Shown here piece by piece: positions 6,981 through 15,599 of a stretch of 49,175 bases of DNA. Source of the stretch: a virus; IMG/VR virus record IMGVR_UViG_3300010042_000002, positions 1 through 49,175 of that record; one strand, written 5' to 3'. Below the pieces are notes generated by a model. That model was not told the DNA's origin. It worked only from the letters and a program-made list of their open reading frames with translations, and did not search any database. Made by a program: the position numbers and the translations under genes. Numbering within the stretch: the first letter of the stretch is position 1; every line of letters starts with the position of its first letter.

Positions 6981-7448
6981 ATGAATATCGTCAATACGGC
7001 TGCAAACATCACGGCTCGCGATCAGCTTGTTATGCAGTGGGAGCAGGCCAAGAAGGCTTCAGACAACGCAATTGCACTTGAGCGCACGTTGCGCACGCAG
7101 GTTGTCGATTTGTGCTTCCCGGCAGACACGCGCAAGGTCGGAACGAACAACCTTGATCTTGGCCGTGGTGTGAAGCTGAAGGCTGTTACCGGCTTGCGCT
7201 ACACTCTCGACAAGGCAGACGACGCAGCACGCACCAACGCGGCCGTCGATGCGATTGAGCAAACCGGCAATGAAGGCGAGTTTATCGCTGAACGGCTGGT
7301 GAAGTGGAAGCCTGAACTTTCGGTCAGTGAATATAAGAAGTTGGACATGACCAACCCGACGCACAAGCGCATTAAGGATATTATTGACGGTGTGTTGACG
7401 ATCACCCCCGAAAGCGCTCAAGTCGAAATCATCTACCCCAACGCTTAA
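6981..7448 (+). CDS. Hypothetical protein (155 aa), first gene of the replication arm
   Basis: ATG at 6981 with a GAAGGAA SD. Third-codon positions are G/C-rich in this frame. The antisense 149-aa ORF was rejected. Confidence 0.7.
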   Translation: MNIVNTAANITARDQLVMQWEQAKKASDNAIALERTLRTQVVDLCFPADTRKVGTNNLDLGRGVKLKAVTGLRYTLDKADDAARTNAAVDAIEQTGNEGEFIAERLVKWKPELSVSEYKKLDMTNPTHKRIKDIIDGVLTITPESAQVEIIYPNA

Positions 7449-7733
7449 CAAGGTTCCCCGTACGGGGCGGTATGGTGACGGAACTTTCCCCCAAGGTTTC
7501 GTCACCATATCATTAAATACCGGTCTAATCTTGTACGGCGCTCCCGTGCGCTGATAGGGTTAGCGGTTAGGGGTGGTTCTTTCCGGGTAGCTCCCGTGTA
7601 GGCCACCCCCGCGAATACCGGCGCTAGCAGTCGGGGTAGGGGAAGGCAGGCACTTCATTTGTAATGGAGCGAGCCCCGGAAAAGGCAAGTTGATCTTCGC
7701 CCCGGCCTTCCCCGATTACAATCAAGAGGAAAT
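7449..7733 (+). other. Structured GC-rich non-coding gap (candidate attenuator, cis-regulatory RNA or protein-binding array)
   Basis: This 285 nt has no ORF longer than 14 codons. It contains a perfect 10-bp inverted repeat (7471..7480 with 7500..7509), a GGGGTGG/CCACCCC stem (7570..7609), a GGGGAAGGC/GCCTTCCCC stem (7640..7714) and the direct repeats CTCCCGTG x2 and AATACCGG x2. Confidence 0.3.
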
Positions 7734-8426
7734 ATGAACTACCAACCGCCCCCGCAGATCGTTATTCAAAGCACCCGAGACGTTGGTACGACCAACGGCG
7801 TTAAGATGATGGTCTATGGCCCGGCAGGTTCAGGCAAGACACGGCTATGTGCTACGGCGCCCCGGCCTATTATCTTGTCAGCCGAAAACGGCTTGCTATC
7901 CCTCAATGATCAAAACATACCGTTCATTCGGATTACCAGCCTTGAACAGCTTATAGCGACAAGGCAGTACCTTTTGAACGATAAGCGCTTCTTTACCTGT
8001 TGTCTGGATAGCGCCTCCGATATCGCCGAGCGGTGTCTAAAGGAGCGCATGTCCAGCAACAAAGACCCTCGCAAGGGCTATGGTGAAATGGCGCAGGAAG
8101 TTCTTAATGAGGTTCGTGAATGGCGGGATTTCCCACAACGTCACGTTCTCTTCATTATGAAGGAAGGCAAGGTTAAGGACGAAAGCACGGGCGGTTTCCT
8201 CAAGGGGCCGCTTATGCCGGGTCAACAGCTTGACCAACATATGCCGTACATGTTTGACGAATGTTTCCAGCTTGTCACGGTCAACCAAAACGGTAATATT
8301 CAATCGGCATTGCGCACGCAGCGCGATCATCAGAATGAGGCGAAGGACCGCAGCGGTCGCCTCGATTATTGGGAACCACCTAACCTAACCCATATAATCA
8401 ACAAAATCACTGCACCCCGTAACTAG
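7734..8426 (+). CDS. AAA_24 / Sak4-like RecA-fold ATPase (recombination mediator), 230 aa
   Basis: Walker A is VYGPAGSGKT. Its size and its position just upstream of an SSB-like gene are typical of Sak4-type proteins. Confidence 0.75.
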   Translation: MNYQPPPQIVIQSTRDVGTTNGVKMMVYGPAGSGKTRLCATAPRPIILSAENGLLSLNDQNIPFIRITSLEQLIATRQYLLNDKRFFTCCLDSASDIAERCLKERMSSNKDPRKGYGEMAQEVLNEVREWRDFPQRHVLFIMKEGKVKDESTGGFLKGPLMPGQQLDQHMPYMFDECFQLVTVNQNGNIQSALRTQRDHQNEAKDRSGRLDYWEPPNLTHIINKITAPRN

Positions 8427-8437
8427 GAACTTATACC

Positions 8438-9397
8438 ATGGATCAAGGCGTTAATCTCCCGTTTTCAAGCGTTGGTATTGACGACGTAACTTTCGGTTTG
8501 CCGGTCTTTGCTGATGGCTGGAAAGGCCTGATCATCACCGGTTCAAGCCAGCGTGCACTTTCCGACGCCAGCAAGGGCGGGCGGCTGTTGCTGAATGTCA
8601 AGTGCGTCAATGACCCCGCTGGCGTTGATAACGGTAAGGAAAGCGTTATCGGCCTCAACGTCTGGCACACGGACACGGCAACCAAGGGCCGCGCTGATGC
8701 GGAACTTGCAACGCTCATTCGTGTCATCTTCGGCGTTGATCGGCAGATCAATTCGACGGCTGAACTTTACAATCAGCCATTCTTTGCCAAGGCGGTCACG
8801 CAGACTTCGGCCCCGACGCCGCAATATCCGAACCCAACCCCGCAGACGAACTGGCGTGGTTATGCCGACCGTAACGGCAATGAAGCCGGTAAGGCCGGTT
8901 CGAACATTCTCAACGGCGCCGGTGGACAGCCGGGCGGTGCAGGTGGCATGCCGAACTTTGGTGCAAACCAGCCACAGCAGAACCAACAGAACGTTCAGCA
9001 GTTCGGCGGCAACAATCAGCAGCCAGCGCAGCAGCCGCAACAGCAGTTCGGCCAGCCCCAGCAGAACAACAACGGCGGCGGGTTCGGCCAGCCACAACAG
9101 CAGCCACAACAGCAGAATGGCGGCGGTTGGGGCGACAACGCAGGACAGAACAACAATCAGCAGCCCCAGCAGAACGGCCAGAACAACGGCGGTTTTGGAC
9201 AGAACAATCAGCCACAGCAACAGCCACAGCAGAACAATCAGCAGGGCGGCAATGGTGGTTGGAACCCGCAAGGCGGTGGCAACAATCAGCCACAGCAGAA
9301 CAATCAGCAGCCAGCGCAGAACAACGGCGGCAACAATGGCGGCGGTTGGGGCAACTCTGGTGGCAATGGCCAGCCAAATCAGGGTGGCGGCTGGTAA
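8438..9397 (+). CDS. SSB-like protein (DUF669-like N-domain) with a Q/N/G-rich FG/GW-repeat C-terminal tail, 319 aa
   Basis: It lies between the Sak4-like ATPase and the nuclease, and its N-terminal roughly 150 aa are beta-rich. The C-terminal roughly 170 aa are almost only Q, N, G and P with 9 F/W-G motifs, and the protein ends in GGGW. Confidence 0.55.
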   Translation: MDQGVNLPFSSVGIDDVTFGLPVFADGWKGLIITGSSQRALSDASKGGRLLLNVKCVNDPAGVDNGKESVIGLNVWHTDTATKGRADAELATLIRVIFGVDRQINSTAELYNQPFFAKAVTQTSAPTPQYPNPTPQTNWRGYADRNGNEAGKAGSNILNGAGGQPGGAGGMPNFGANQPQQNQQNVQQFGGNNQQPAQQPQQQFGQPQQNNNGGGFGQPQQQPQQQNGGGWGDNAGQNNNQQPQQNGQNNGGFGQNNQPQQQPQQNNQQGGNGGWNPQGGGNNQPQQNNQQPAQNNGGNNGGGWGNSGGNGQPNQGGGW

Positions 9398-9423
9398 CAG
9401 CTTCCACCACGGTTAAGCAAACA

Positions 9424-9455
9424 GGGCGCGGCTAACCCCGCGCCTTTCTTTTCTC
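9424..9455 (+). terminator. Rho-independent terminator or attenuator after the SSB-like gene
   Basis: GGCGCGG-ctaacc-CCGCGCC is followed by TTTCTTTTCTC. Confidence 0.7.
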
Positions 9456-9472
9456 TAGTGATTGAACAAACT

Positions 9473-10345
9473 ATGACACGTGTACTCTATGCCCATGAAC
9501 GCCAAGCGCTGGCCAAGGAGATACACGACGCAATCGATAAGTATTGCGAAAACACCTACAACGACGGCCACCGCAACCACCTTGGCGCCTCGCTAATCGG
9601 CGGGGAGTGCAAGCGGTATATGTGGTATGTGTTCCGTTGGGTTAAAGAGGTTCGGGCACCCGGTCGCATGGCGCGGCTATTCAATCGCGGACATAAAGAG
9701 GAAGCGCGTTTTATCGAGTGGTTGCGCGGGATCGGCTTCCGCATTTGGGATACAGACGACAACGGCAATCAGACGCGTATTAGCGGCGTTGGTGGTCACT
9801 ATGGCGGTTCTCTCGATAGTGTGGGCATGGCGCCGGAATGGCTGCGTATGCTTGTTGAGGTTGGGCCTATTCTTGTTGAGTACAAGACGCACGGTGAAAG
9901 GTCTTTTACCAAGTTGGTCAAGGAAGGTGTTAAGGTTTCCAAGCCTACCCATTGGGTTCAAATGTGTACCTATGGCCGATACTACAAATTCAAGTATGCG
10001 CTATACTGCGCTATCAACAAGAATGACGACGATTTACATATTGAGATTGTCGAGCTTGATTGGTCGGTGGCAGATGAGAACTACCGCAAGGCAGAGGAAG
10101 TTATTCAGGCGGTAAAGCCTCCACTTCGCTTGTCTGAGTTGCCCTCATACTTCAAGTGCAAGACTTGCGATATGGCAGAGGTTTGCCACCGCAGCGCCGA
10201 TTACGAAAAGAATTGCCGTTCGTGCAACTACGCCGTCCCGGTCAAAGATGGCGAATGGTTTTGCGGTTATAACAACGGTGTTATCCCAAAGGATTTCATT
10301 AAGGTAGGTTGCCAGCAGTGGAAACCGGTTGGACGCAATGGCTGA
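9473..10345 (+). CDS. PD-(D/E)xK exonuclease, Cas4/RecB-like with Cys cluster, about 290 aa
   Basis: Motifs are ILVEYKT (ExK) and HWVQMCTYG (QxxxY). One N-terminal Cys plus C-terminal CKTCDMAEVC resembles Cas4-type Fe-S ligands. The track start at 9458 is GTG and the first ATG is at 9473. Confidence 0.75.
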   Translation: MTRVLYAHERQALAKEIHDAIDKYCENTYNDGHRNHLGASLIGGECKRYMWYVFRWVKEVRAPGRMARLFNRGHKEEARFIEWLRGIGFRIWDTDDNGNQTRISGVGGHYGGSLDSVGMAPEWLRMLVEVGPILVEYKTHGERSFTKLVKEGVKVSKPTHWVQMCTYGRYYKFKYALYCAINKNDDDLHIEIVELDWSVADENYRKAEEVIQAVKPPLRLSELPSYFKCKTCDMAEVCHRSADYEKNCRSCNYAVPVKDGEWFCGYNNGVIPKDFIKVGCQQWKPVGRNG

Positions 10346-12035
10346 ACGCGAATATCAAACACAAGCGATCAACTCGACATTCGATTACCTGAACAATACA
10401 ACAGGTGACGGCCTTATTCTTATGCCCACAGGTACGGGCAAATCGCACGTCATTAGCGGAATTGCTCAACGGGTGTTGCAGCGGCGTCCAGATCGTCGCG
10501 TTCAAGTGCTTATGCATATGAAAGAGCTTATCCGGCAGAATTACGAAAAGCTTACGGACAATTGGCCGGGCGCCCCGGTCGGTATCTATTCGGCCGGGCT
10601 CAATACTAAGCAATCATATATGCCGATCACTATGGCCGGTATCATGTCAATTAAAAGCCAAGCAAAAGAGTTTGGGCACACTGACTTGGTTATGATTGAT
10701 GAAGCGCACCTAGTTCCCGAGGATAGCGAGACTATTTACCGGACCTATATCAACGAACTTAAGGAGATCAACCCGCGCATGCGGGTGGTGGGGCTTACTG
10801 CTACAGGTTGGCGTATGGGGCAGGGCAAGCTTACCGATGCGGGCGGCTTGTTCACAGACACCATTGTTGACTATACCCAATTACACACGTTCAACAGGTT
10901 CTTTGATGAGGGCTATCTAGTCCGATTAGTTGCCCGGCCTATGCAGACTAAGCTTGACGTTACCGGTGTCGGTATGTCGGGTGGTGACTTGAACATGTCA
11001 CAGGTGCAGAAAGCCGTCGATAAGCGTGAGATCACGTGGAAAGCAATGCAAGAGCTTGCGCACCACGGGCAGAACCGGCGCAAGTGGTTGATCTTCGCGA
11101 GTGGTGTCGAGCATGCCGACCACATTAGCGAAATGCTCAATGCCATGGGTTACCCAACCACGGCAGTTCATCGCGGCGTGCCGAAGAAAGAACGCGATCA
11201 GCGTATTTCGGATTTCAAGGCCGGTAATAAGTACCGGGCTATCGTATGCAACAACATTCTCACAACCGGGTTCGATGATCCCGGCATTGATCTCATTGCG
11301 GTTTTGCGGCCGTCAATGTCGTCTAGTTTGTGGGTTCAGATGCTAGGCCGAGGCACACGCCCATTCTATGTTAAAGGGTTCGATCTCAGCACTATCGAAG
11401 GGCGGTTGCTGGCTATCGCCAACAGCTATAAACAGAATTGCTTGGTACTCGACTTTGCCCACAATACTAGCAATCTAGGGCCTATCAACGATCCGGTCTT
11501 ACCTAGCCGGGCGACAGGGAGGGGCGGTGATCCCCCAATCAAGATATGCGAGACGCCACGGCTTAAGCACCGGGGTAATGGGGCGACGGGATGCGGTAAC
11601 TACAATCACCCGTCATTCAGGTTTTGCGAGACATGCGGCGCGGAATTCGACTTTGCGGTCAAGTTCGGTTCTGAAGCCAGCACACAAGACATTATTTCCG
11701 ATGGTAACGACGATTTCAAATGGTTCGACGTTATTCTCACCGGTTATAGTGCGCAGGTAGGGGCATCGGGTACACCCTATCTACGGGTAGATTACTGGTA
11801 CACCAAGACAAAGAAATGGACAGACTATGTTAACTTACAACATACCGGTTATGTCCAACACCAAGCCCGGCAGTGGTGGAACGCAAGGTTTAAGCATCCC
11901 GAATGGGGACCGCCGCCAACTATTGCGGAAGCGATAAAATACTGCAATAAGTCGTACATGCGCGAACCGGTCAAAATCCGGGTATGGACGAATAAAGAAC
12001 CTATTCCCCAGATCGTCAACTATGAGTATGAATGA
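10338..12035 (+). CDS. Superfamily-2 DEAD/DEAH-box DNA helicase with zinc ribbon, about 565 aa
   Basis: Motif I is MPTGTGKSHV, motif II is MIDEAH and motif VI is QMLGRGTR. There is a CxxC..CxxC ribbon (CETP..CGNY..FCETCG). The ATG at 10338 overlaps the nuclease stop. Confidence 0.85.
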   Translation: MAEREYQTQAINSTFDYLNNTTGDGLILMPTGTGKSHVISGIAQRVLQRRPDRRVQVLMHMKELIRQNYEKLTDNWPGAPVGIYSAGLNTKQSYMPITMAGIMSIKSQAKEFGHTDLVMIDEAHLVPEDSETIYRTYINELKEINPRMRVVGLTATGWRMGQGKLTDAGGLFTDTIVDYTQLHTFNRFFDEGYLVRLVARPMQTKLDVTGVGMSGGDLNMSQVQKAVDKREITWKAMQELAHHGQNRRKWLIFASGVEHADHISEMLNAMGYPTTAVHRGVPKKERDQRISDFKAGNKYRAIVCNNILTTGFDDPGIDLIAVLRPSMSSSLWVQMLGRGTRPFYVKGFDLSTIEGRLLAIANSYKQNCLVLDFAHNTSNLGPINDPVLPSRATGRGGDPPIKICETPRLKHRGNGATGCGNYNHPSFRFCETCGAEFDFAVKFGSEASTQDIISDGNDDFKWFDVILTGYSAQVGASGTPYLRVDYWYTKTKKWTDYVNLQHTGYVQHQARQWWNARFKHPEWGPPPTIAEAIKYCNKSYMREPVKIRVWTNKEPIPQIVNYEYE

Positions 12036-12044
12036 GGTATTGAA

Positions 12045-13463
12045 ATGGCACGACAACCACGGGGCCGCAAGGCCGCTAAGAATGAAGTCGCTGGCAATCT
12101 CCTAGCGGCGCTGAAGTTCGGTAATGTACTTAAGGCGGCAACGGTAACGTCGCCCATTCAGGCGCATTACGTTTGGATGAATACCGGTACGGCCATCATG
12201 TTCGACGGTATCGTTGCGGCCGGTCATCCTATCCCGGCAGACGTTGCGGGCTATCCGCATGCAAAGCTATTTGCCGACGCGCTGGAAAACACCGACAAGA
12301 GTTTCACACTTACGGTGCACCAAGACGGCAAATTCGAAATCGGTTCGGACAAGTACAACGCTATCGTCCCGGCGCTGGAATACGACAAGGTAATCCAAAC
12401 TGCACCTGATGCGGCGCAGGGCCTTATCAACAACCCTGAAAACCTGATGGCGGCGTTTGCTAACGCGCTCAAGGTTACGACGGAAACGGGCGACACCGTT
12501 CTCTATTCGTCGGTTCGCATTACCAAAGATGCAACCGTTATGGCAACAAACGGCGCCGTATTCCTTGAAACCAAGATCAGTGACAACCTGCCCCCGGTGA
12601 TCTTGCCCCGGCAGTTCGTTGCCGCCGTCGTCAAGGCCGCTGCCACCCTAAAGCCAACCGGGGTAGGTATTGGCATGGATTGGAAAAGCCTTACCATCTG
12701 GTTCGAAAATGGCGCTTGGCTGCGTACCAATCTCTATTCTAACGACGCTTGGCCCAATGACGCGATTGACCTGTTTTATCGCGGTGTCAACATGAGCGTC
12801 AATCGCACCGACCTTGACCCTAAAGTGTGGGCAGCTATTGGACAAGTTCTCCCGTTCGCCGTTGATCGTGTTATTATGCGCCCCGGCATCATCCGCACAC
12901 ACCCCGACCGTAAAGAAGGTGCGGCACTTGAAGTCAAGGAAGCAACGGCAACGTTTGACGTTGACGGTAAGCAGTTCCTCGCCTTGGCAGAGATTGCGAA
13001 GTTTTACGGCGTGACAGAGGAATTCGAAGTTCCACTTATGCTGGTGTTTGGTGACAACTGCCGGGGTATCGTGGCAGGGCTTGAACCGCTTCCCGAGCCC
13101 GCAGCCGGGCAAACGGCCGGGAATTGGGGCAATCAGCAGTCGGAAGGTCCAAAGCCCACAGTTGCGGACGGTTGGGGGAATGCCAGCGCCGTCCAGATGA
13201 TTGACCCGCCCGGCGATCTCAACCCTGAGGGCAATTGGAAGAAAGGCCCTGAACAGGGGCTTGCATATGATCCGGCGCATAACAGCCAGCTTCTTGACCA
13301 ACCGCAGGAAGATTTCACGGACCCGGATGCTTACGTTCTTCAGTTGCCCGGCGATCAAGGTTTTACCTTGTCCACCAATCAACCATCGGGTAACAACGAC
13401 GGGTTTTCTGCAAGCGGTTGGGTCAACGGACTAACCGACGCAGATGCAGGCATTAAGGGTTAA
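12045..13463 (+). CDS. Possible sliding-clamp (DnaN-like) protein with a disordered GW-motif tail, 472 aa
   Basis: By eye, the first roughly 345 aa align in pattern with beta-clamp domain I/II signatures (LLAALKF..SPIQ..; PHAKLFADAL; ATNGAVFLE). It sits between the helicase and the DNA polymerase. The tail carries GNWGN, DGWGN, GNWKK and SGWVNG. The fold was not verified. Confidence 0.4.
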   Translation: MARQPRGRKAAKNEVAGNLLAALKFGNVLKAATVTSPIQAHYVWMNTGTAIMFDGIVAAGHPIPADVAGYPHAKLFADALENTDKSFTLTVHQDGKFEIGSDKYNAIVPALEYDKVIQTAPDAAQGLINNPENLMAAFANALKVTTETGDTVLYSSVRITKDATVMATNGAVFLETKISDNLPPVILPRQFVAAVVKAAATLKPTGVGIGMDWKSLTIWFENGAWLRTNLYSNDAWPNDAIDLFYRGVNMSVNRTDLDPKVWAAIGQVLPFAVDRVIMRPGIIRTHPDRKEGAALEVKEATATFDVDGKQFLALAEIAKFYGVTEEFEVPLMLVFGDNCRGIVAGLEPLPEPAAGQTAGNWGNQQSEGPKPTVADGWGNASAVQMIDPPGDLNPEGNWKKGPEQGLAYDPAHNSQLLDQPQEDFTDPDAYVLQLPGDQGFTLSTNQPSGNNDGFSASGWVNGLTDADAGIKG

Positions 13464-13468
13464 AGACT

Positions 13469-15535
13469 ATGGGGCTTTTCGACAAGGTTGAAATGGTATC
13501 AAAGAAGGACGCCCATATTCGGGCGTTACCACCTATACCCAACACCGGATGGAAAGCCCCAACTTCTTTCCCGAACCTCTCAGCAGCCGTGCGGCTATCG
13601 TTCGACTGCGAAACCAAAGACCCTGAACTAACGCTTGCCGGTCCCGGTTGGGGGCGCGGCAAAGGTCACATTGTCGGTTGGTCGCTTGCGGCTATGGACA
13701 GACAGGGTAATACCGGTAGTTGGTACTTCCCTATGCGGCATGAGGTAGAACCCCATGACAATATGGACCCGGTGCAAGTTATGCGATTTGCGCAACATGC
13801 ACTTGGCGACAACACGCTCCCCAAGGTCGGGGCCAACCTGCTTTATGATATTGGTTGGATGGCTGAAGAGGGCGTGAACGTTAAAGGGCCATTCCATGAC
13901 ATTCAATTCGCGGAAGCAATTCTAGACAATACTGTTGACAGTGTTTCACTTGATACGCTCGCAATCAAATACCTAGCCGAACGTAAGCAATCCGACATGC
14001 TGAAGCGTTGGGCTGTGGAAGCTTATAAAACAACCGAAAAGACTTGGCGCAAGGACATATACCGTTCCCCGCCTCGCTTGGTCGGTTACTACGGTGAAGG
14101 TGACGCACACCAGCCGCTAAGGATTATCGAGAAACAATGGCAGATTATTGCCCGTGAAAACCTTGGCGAGATATACGACCTAGAACACGGCCTTATCCCC
14201 ATGCTTGTTGCCATGAGACGCGGCGGGGTGTATGTGGACGTTCCCGGCGCGTATGCATTCCGTGGCGAGCTAGAACAAGATATTAGCCGCCTTTACCAAG
14301 AGCTAGAACATGAATTCGGTTATCGCTTGGTCAATACCAAGGGCGACGAAAGCAGCGATAGCCGACAGATTGGCAAATTGCTTGATCATCTTGGGGTTAA
14401 GTATCCGCGTACGGCCCCAACCAAGACTGCACCGAACGGTAACCCCTCCATTCAAAAAGAATGGCTAGAGGCGCTTAAACACCCGGTTTCCGAAAAGCTT
14501 CTTACCATCCGTGAATATGAAAAGATCAAGGGAACGTTTGTTGAGAGCTACATTCTCGACAAGAACGTCAACGGTTTTATCTATCCGCTATTCCACCCAC
14601 TCAAGGGAGAAAGCAACGGCACTAAGCTTGGTCGGTTCTCAAGTTCGGACCCAAATTTTCAGAATATACCATCACGTACGGAAATGGGGAAGCGTATTAG
14701 AAAGCTGGTGCCAAAGCGCCCCGGTCATCACCTATACCGCAAAAACGATTACTCCCAAATCCATTACCGCATCCTTGCACACTATGCGGTTGACGATCCT
14801 AACGGCCCCTATGGGGGTGCCGAGGATTTGCGCCAGTCTTATATCAATGATGCAAACATGGATTACCATCTTCGTGTTTACATGGAGACGGCCCCGCTTA
14901 TGGGTTGGTCAACCACGGACGCCAAGGAGATTGCTACCCGGCGCCGTCCAATTAAGAACGTGAACTTTTCCCTGCTTTACGGTGTGGGCAAGGAGACGAT
15001 GGTTTACAAGTACCTGAAGGGTATGACCGACGCTGAAGTCAATGCTTTCTTTGATGCATACTATCGCGGCGCCCCTTACGTAAAGCCCACAATGAAGGCG
15101 ATTGCCGATGAGGCGCAACAGTTCGGTTACATCACCACTTTGCGCGGCCGAAAGGTCCGGTTCAACCTTTGGGAGCCCCGAGGCTACAACAAAGAAAAGC
15201 TAATCGCCCTCCCGTATGAAGATGCGATTAAGCGCTATGGTCAGTTTATTCAACTTGCGTTCCTTTACCGCGCTGTGAACTATAAGTTCCAAGGTTCCGA
15301 ACCGGACATTATGAAAGCCGGTATGCTCGCTTGCTGGAATAGCGGTGTATTCGATTTCACCGGGGTTCCGCAGATCACGGTTCACGATGAGCTAGGGTGG
15401 AGCCAGAAGGACGATAGCCCGCAGATGAATGAGGCCTTCCGCTTCATCCAGCATACCATGGAACAAACCACTCAAATGCGGGTTCCGATTAAGGTCGATA
15501 GCACCACGGGCGACACTTGGGGCGATTGTGCATAA
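13469..15535 (+). CDS. Family-A DNA polymerase with 3'-5' exonuclease domain, 688 aa
   Basis: Motifs are Exo I (FDCETKD), motif B (RRRPIKNVNFSLLYGVG) and motif C (ITVHDELG). There is no 5'-3' exonuclease domain. Confidence 0.9.
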   Translation: MGLFDKVEMVSKKDAHIRALPPIPNTGWKAPTSFPNLSAAVRLSFDCETKDPELTLAGPGWGRGKGHIVGWSLAAMDRQGNTGSWYFPMRHEVEPHDNMDPVQVMRFAQHALGDNTLPKVGANLLYDIGWMAEEGVNVKGPFHDIQFAEAILDNTVDSVSLDTLAIKYLAERKQSDMLKRWAVEAYKTTEKTWRKDIYRSPPRLVGYYGEGDAHQPLRIIEKQWQIIARENLGEIYDLEHGLIPMLVAMRRGGVYVDVPGAYAFRGELEQDISRLYQELEHEFGYRLVNTKGDESSDSRQIGKLLDHLGVKYPRTAPTKTAPNGNPSIQKEWLEALKHPVSEKLLTIREYEKIKGTFVESYILDKNVNGFIYPLFHPLKGESNGTKLGRFSSSDPNFQNIPSRTEMGKRIRKLVPKRPGHHLYRKNDYSQIHYRILAHYAVDDPNGPYGGAEDLRQSYINDANMDYHLRVYMETAPLMGWSTTDAKEIATRRRPIKNVNFSLLYGVGKETMVYKYLKGMTDAEVNAFFDAYYRGAPYVKPTMKAIADEAQQFGYITTLRGRKVRFNLWEPRGYNKEKLIALPYEDAIKRYGQFIQLAFLYRAVNYKFQGSEPDIMKAGMLACWNSGVFDFTGVPQITVHDELGWSQKDDSPQMNEAFRFIQHTMEQTTQMRVPIKVDSTTGDTWGDCA

Positions 15536-15541
15536 TAGGTG

Positions 15542-15570
15542 TTGACGGTAGCAATGAACCCGTTTATATC
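15542..15570 (+). promoter_or_regulatory. Sigma70-type promoter P4 (TTGACG-N17-TATATC) with GGTAGCAATG box
   Basis: The sequence reads gTTGACGGTAGCAATGAACCCGTTTATATC. This is the same box as in the minus-strand early promoters, here on the plus strand. Confidence 0.6.
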
Positions 15571-15599
15571 TTTGGATAACGAAACAAGGAGTTATCCAG

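Noticed and set aside
6716-7508. Track ORFs 6716..7012 (-), 7059..7508 (-), 7199..7405 (-), and the TTG start of 6849..7448 (+).
   Set aside because: The first crosses the divergent promoter region. The next two are antisense to a plus-strand gene with a good SD and G/C-rich third positions. The TTG at 6849 is the -35 hexamer of PR, and the real start is the ATG at 6981.
7449-7733. A tRNA or a hammerhead-type ribozyme in the structured gap.
   Set aside because: No cloverleaf with a GTTCRA T-loop can be drawn. The only CUGA-like string is CUGAUAG, which does not fit the CUGANGA core. I keep the region only as an unclassified structured element.
8443-9435. Four or five long ORFs in other frames and on the other strand across the Q/N-rich tail (8543..9271 -, 8595..9416 +, 8910..9410 -, 9127..9435 +, 8443..8751 -).
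   Set aside because: They are artefacts of the CAG/CAA/GGC low-complexity tract. Their products are poly-Leu/Ala/Ser/Arg-like. The SSB-like frame is the one with an SD, an ATG and operon context.
12648-13382. A 244-aa minus-strand ORF inside the clamp-like gene.
   Set aside because: It is antisense within the plus-strand replication operon, with no SD or promoter. It is typical of a GC-rich antisense open frame.
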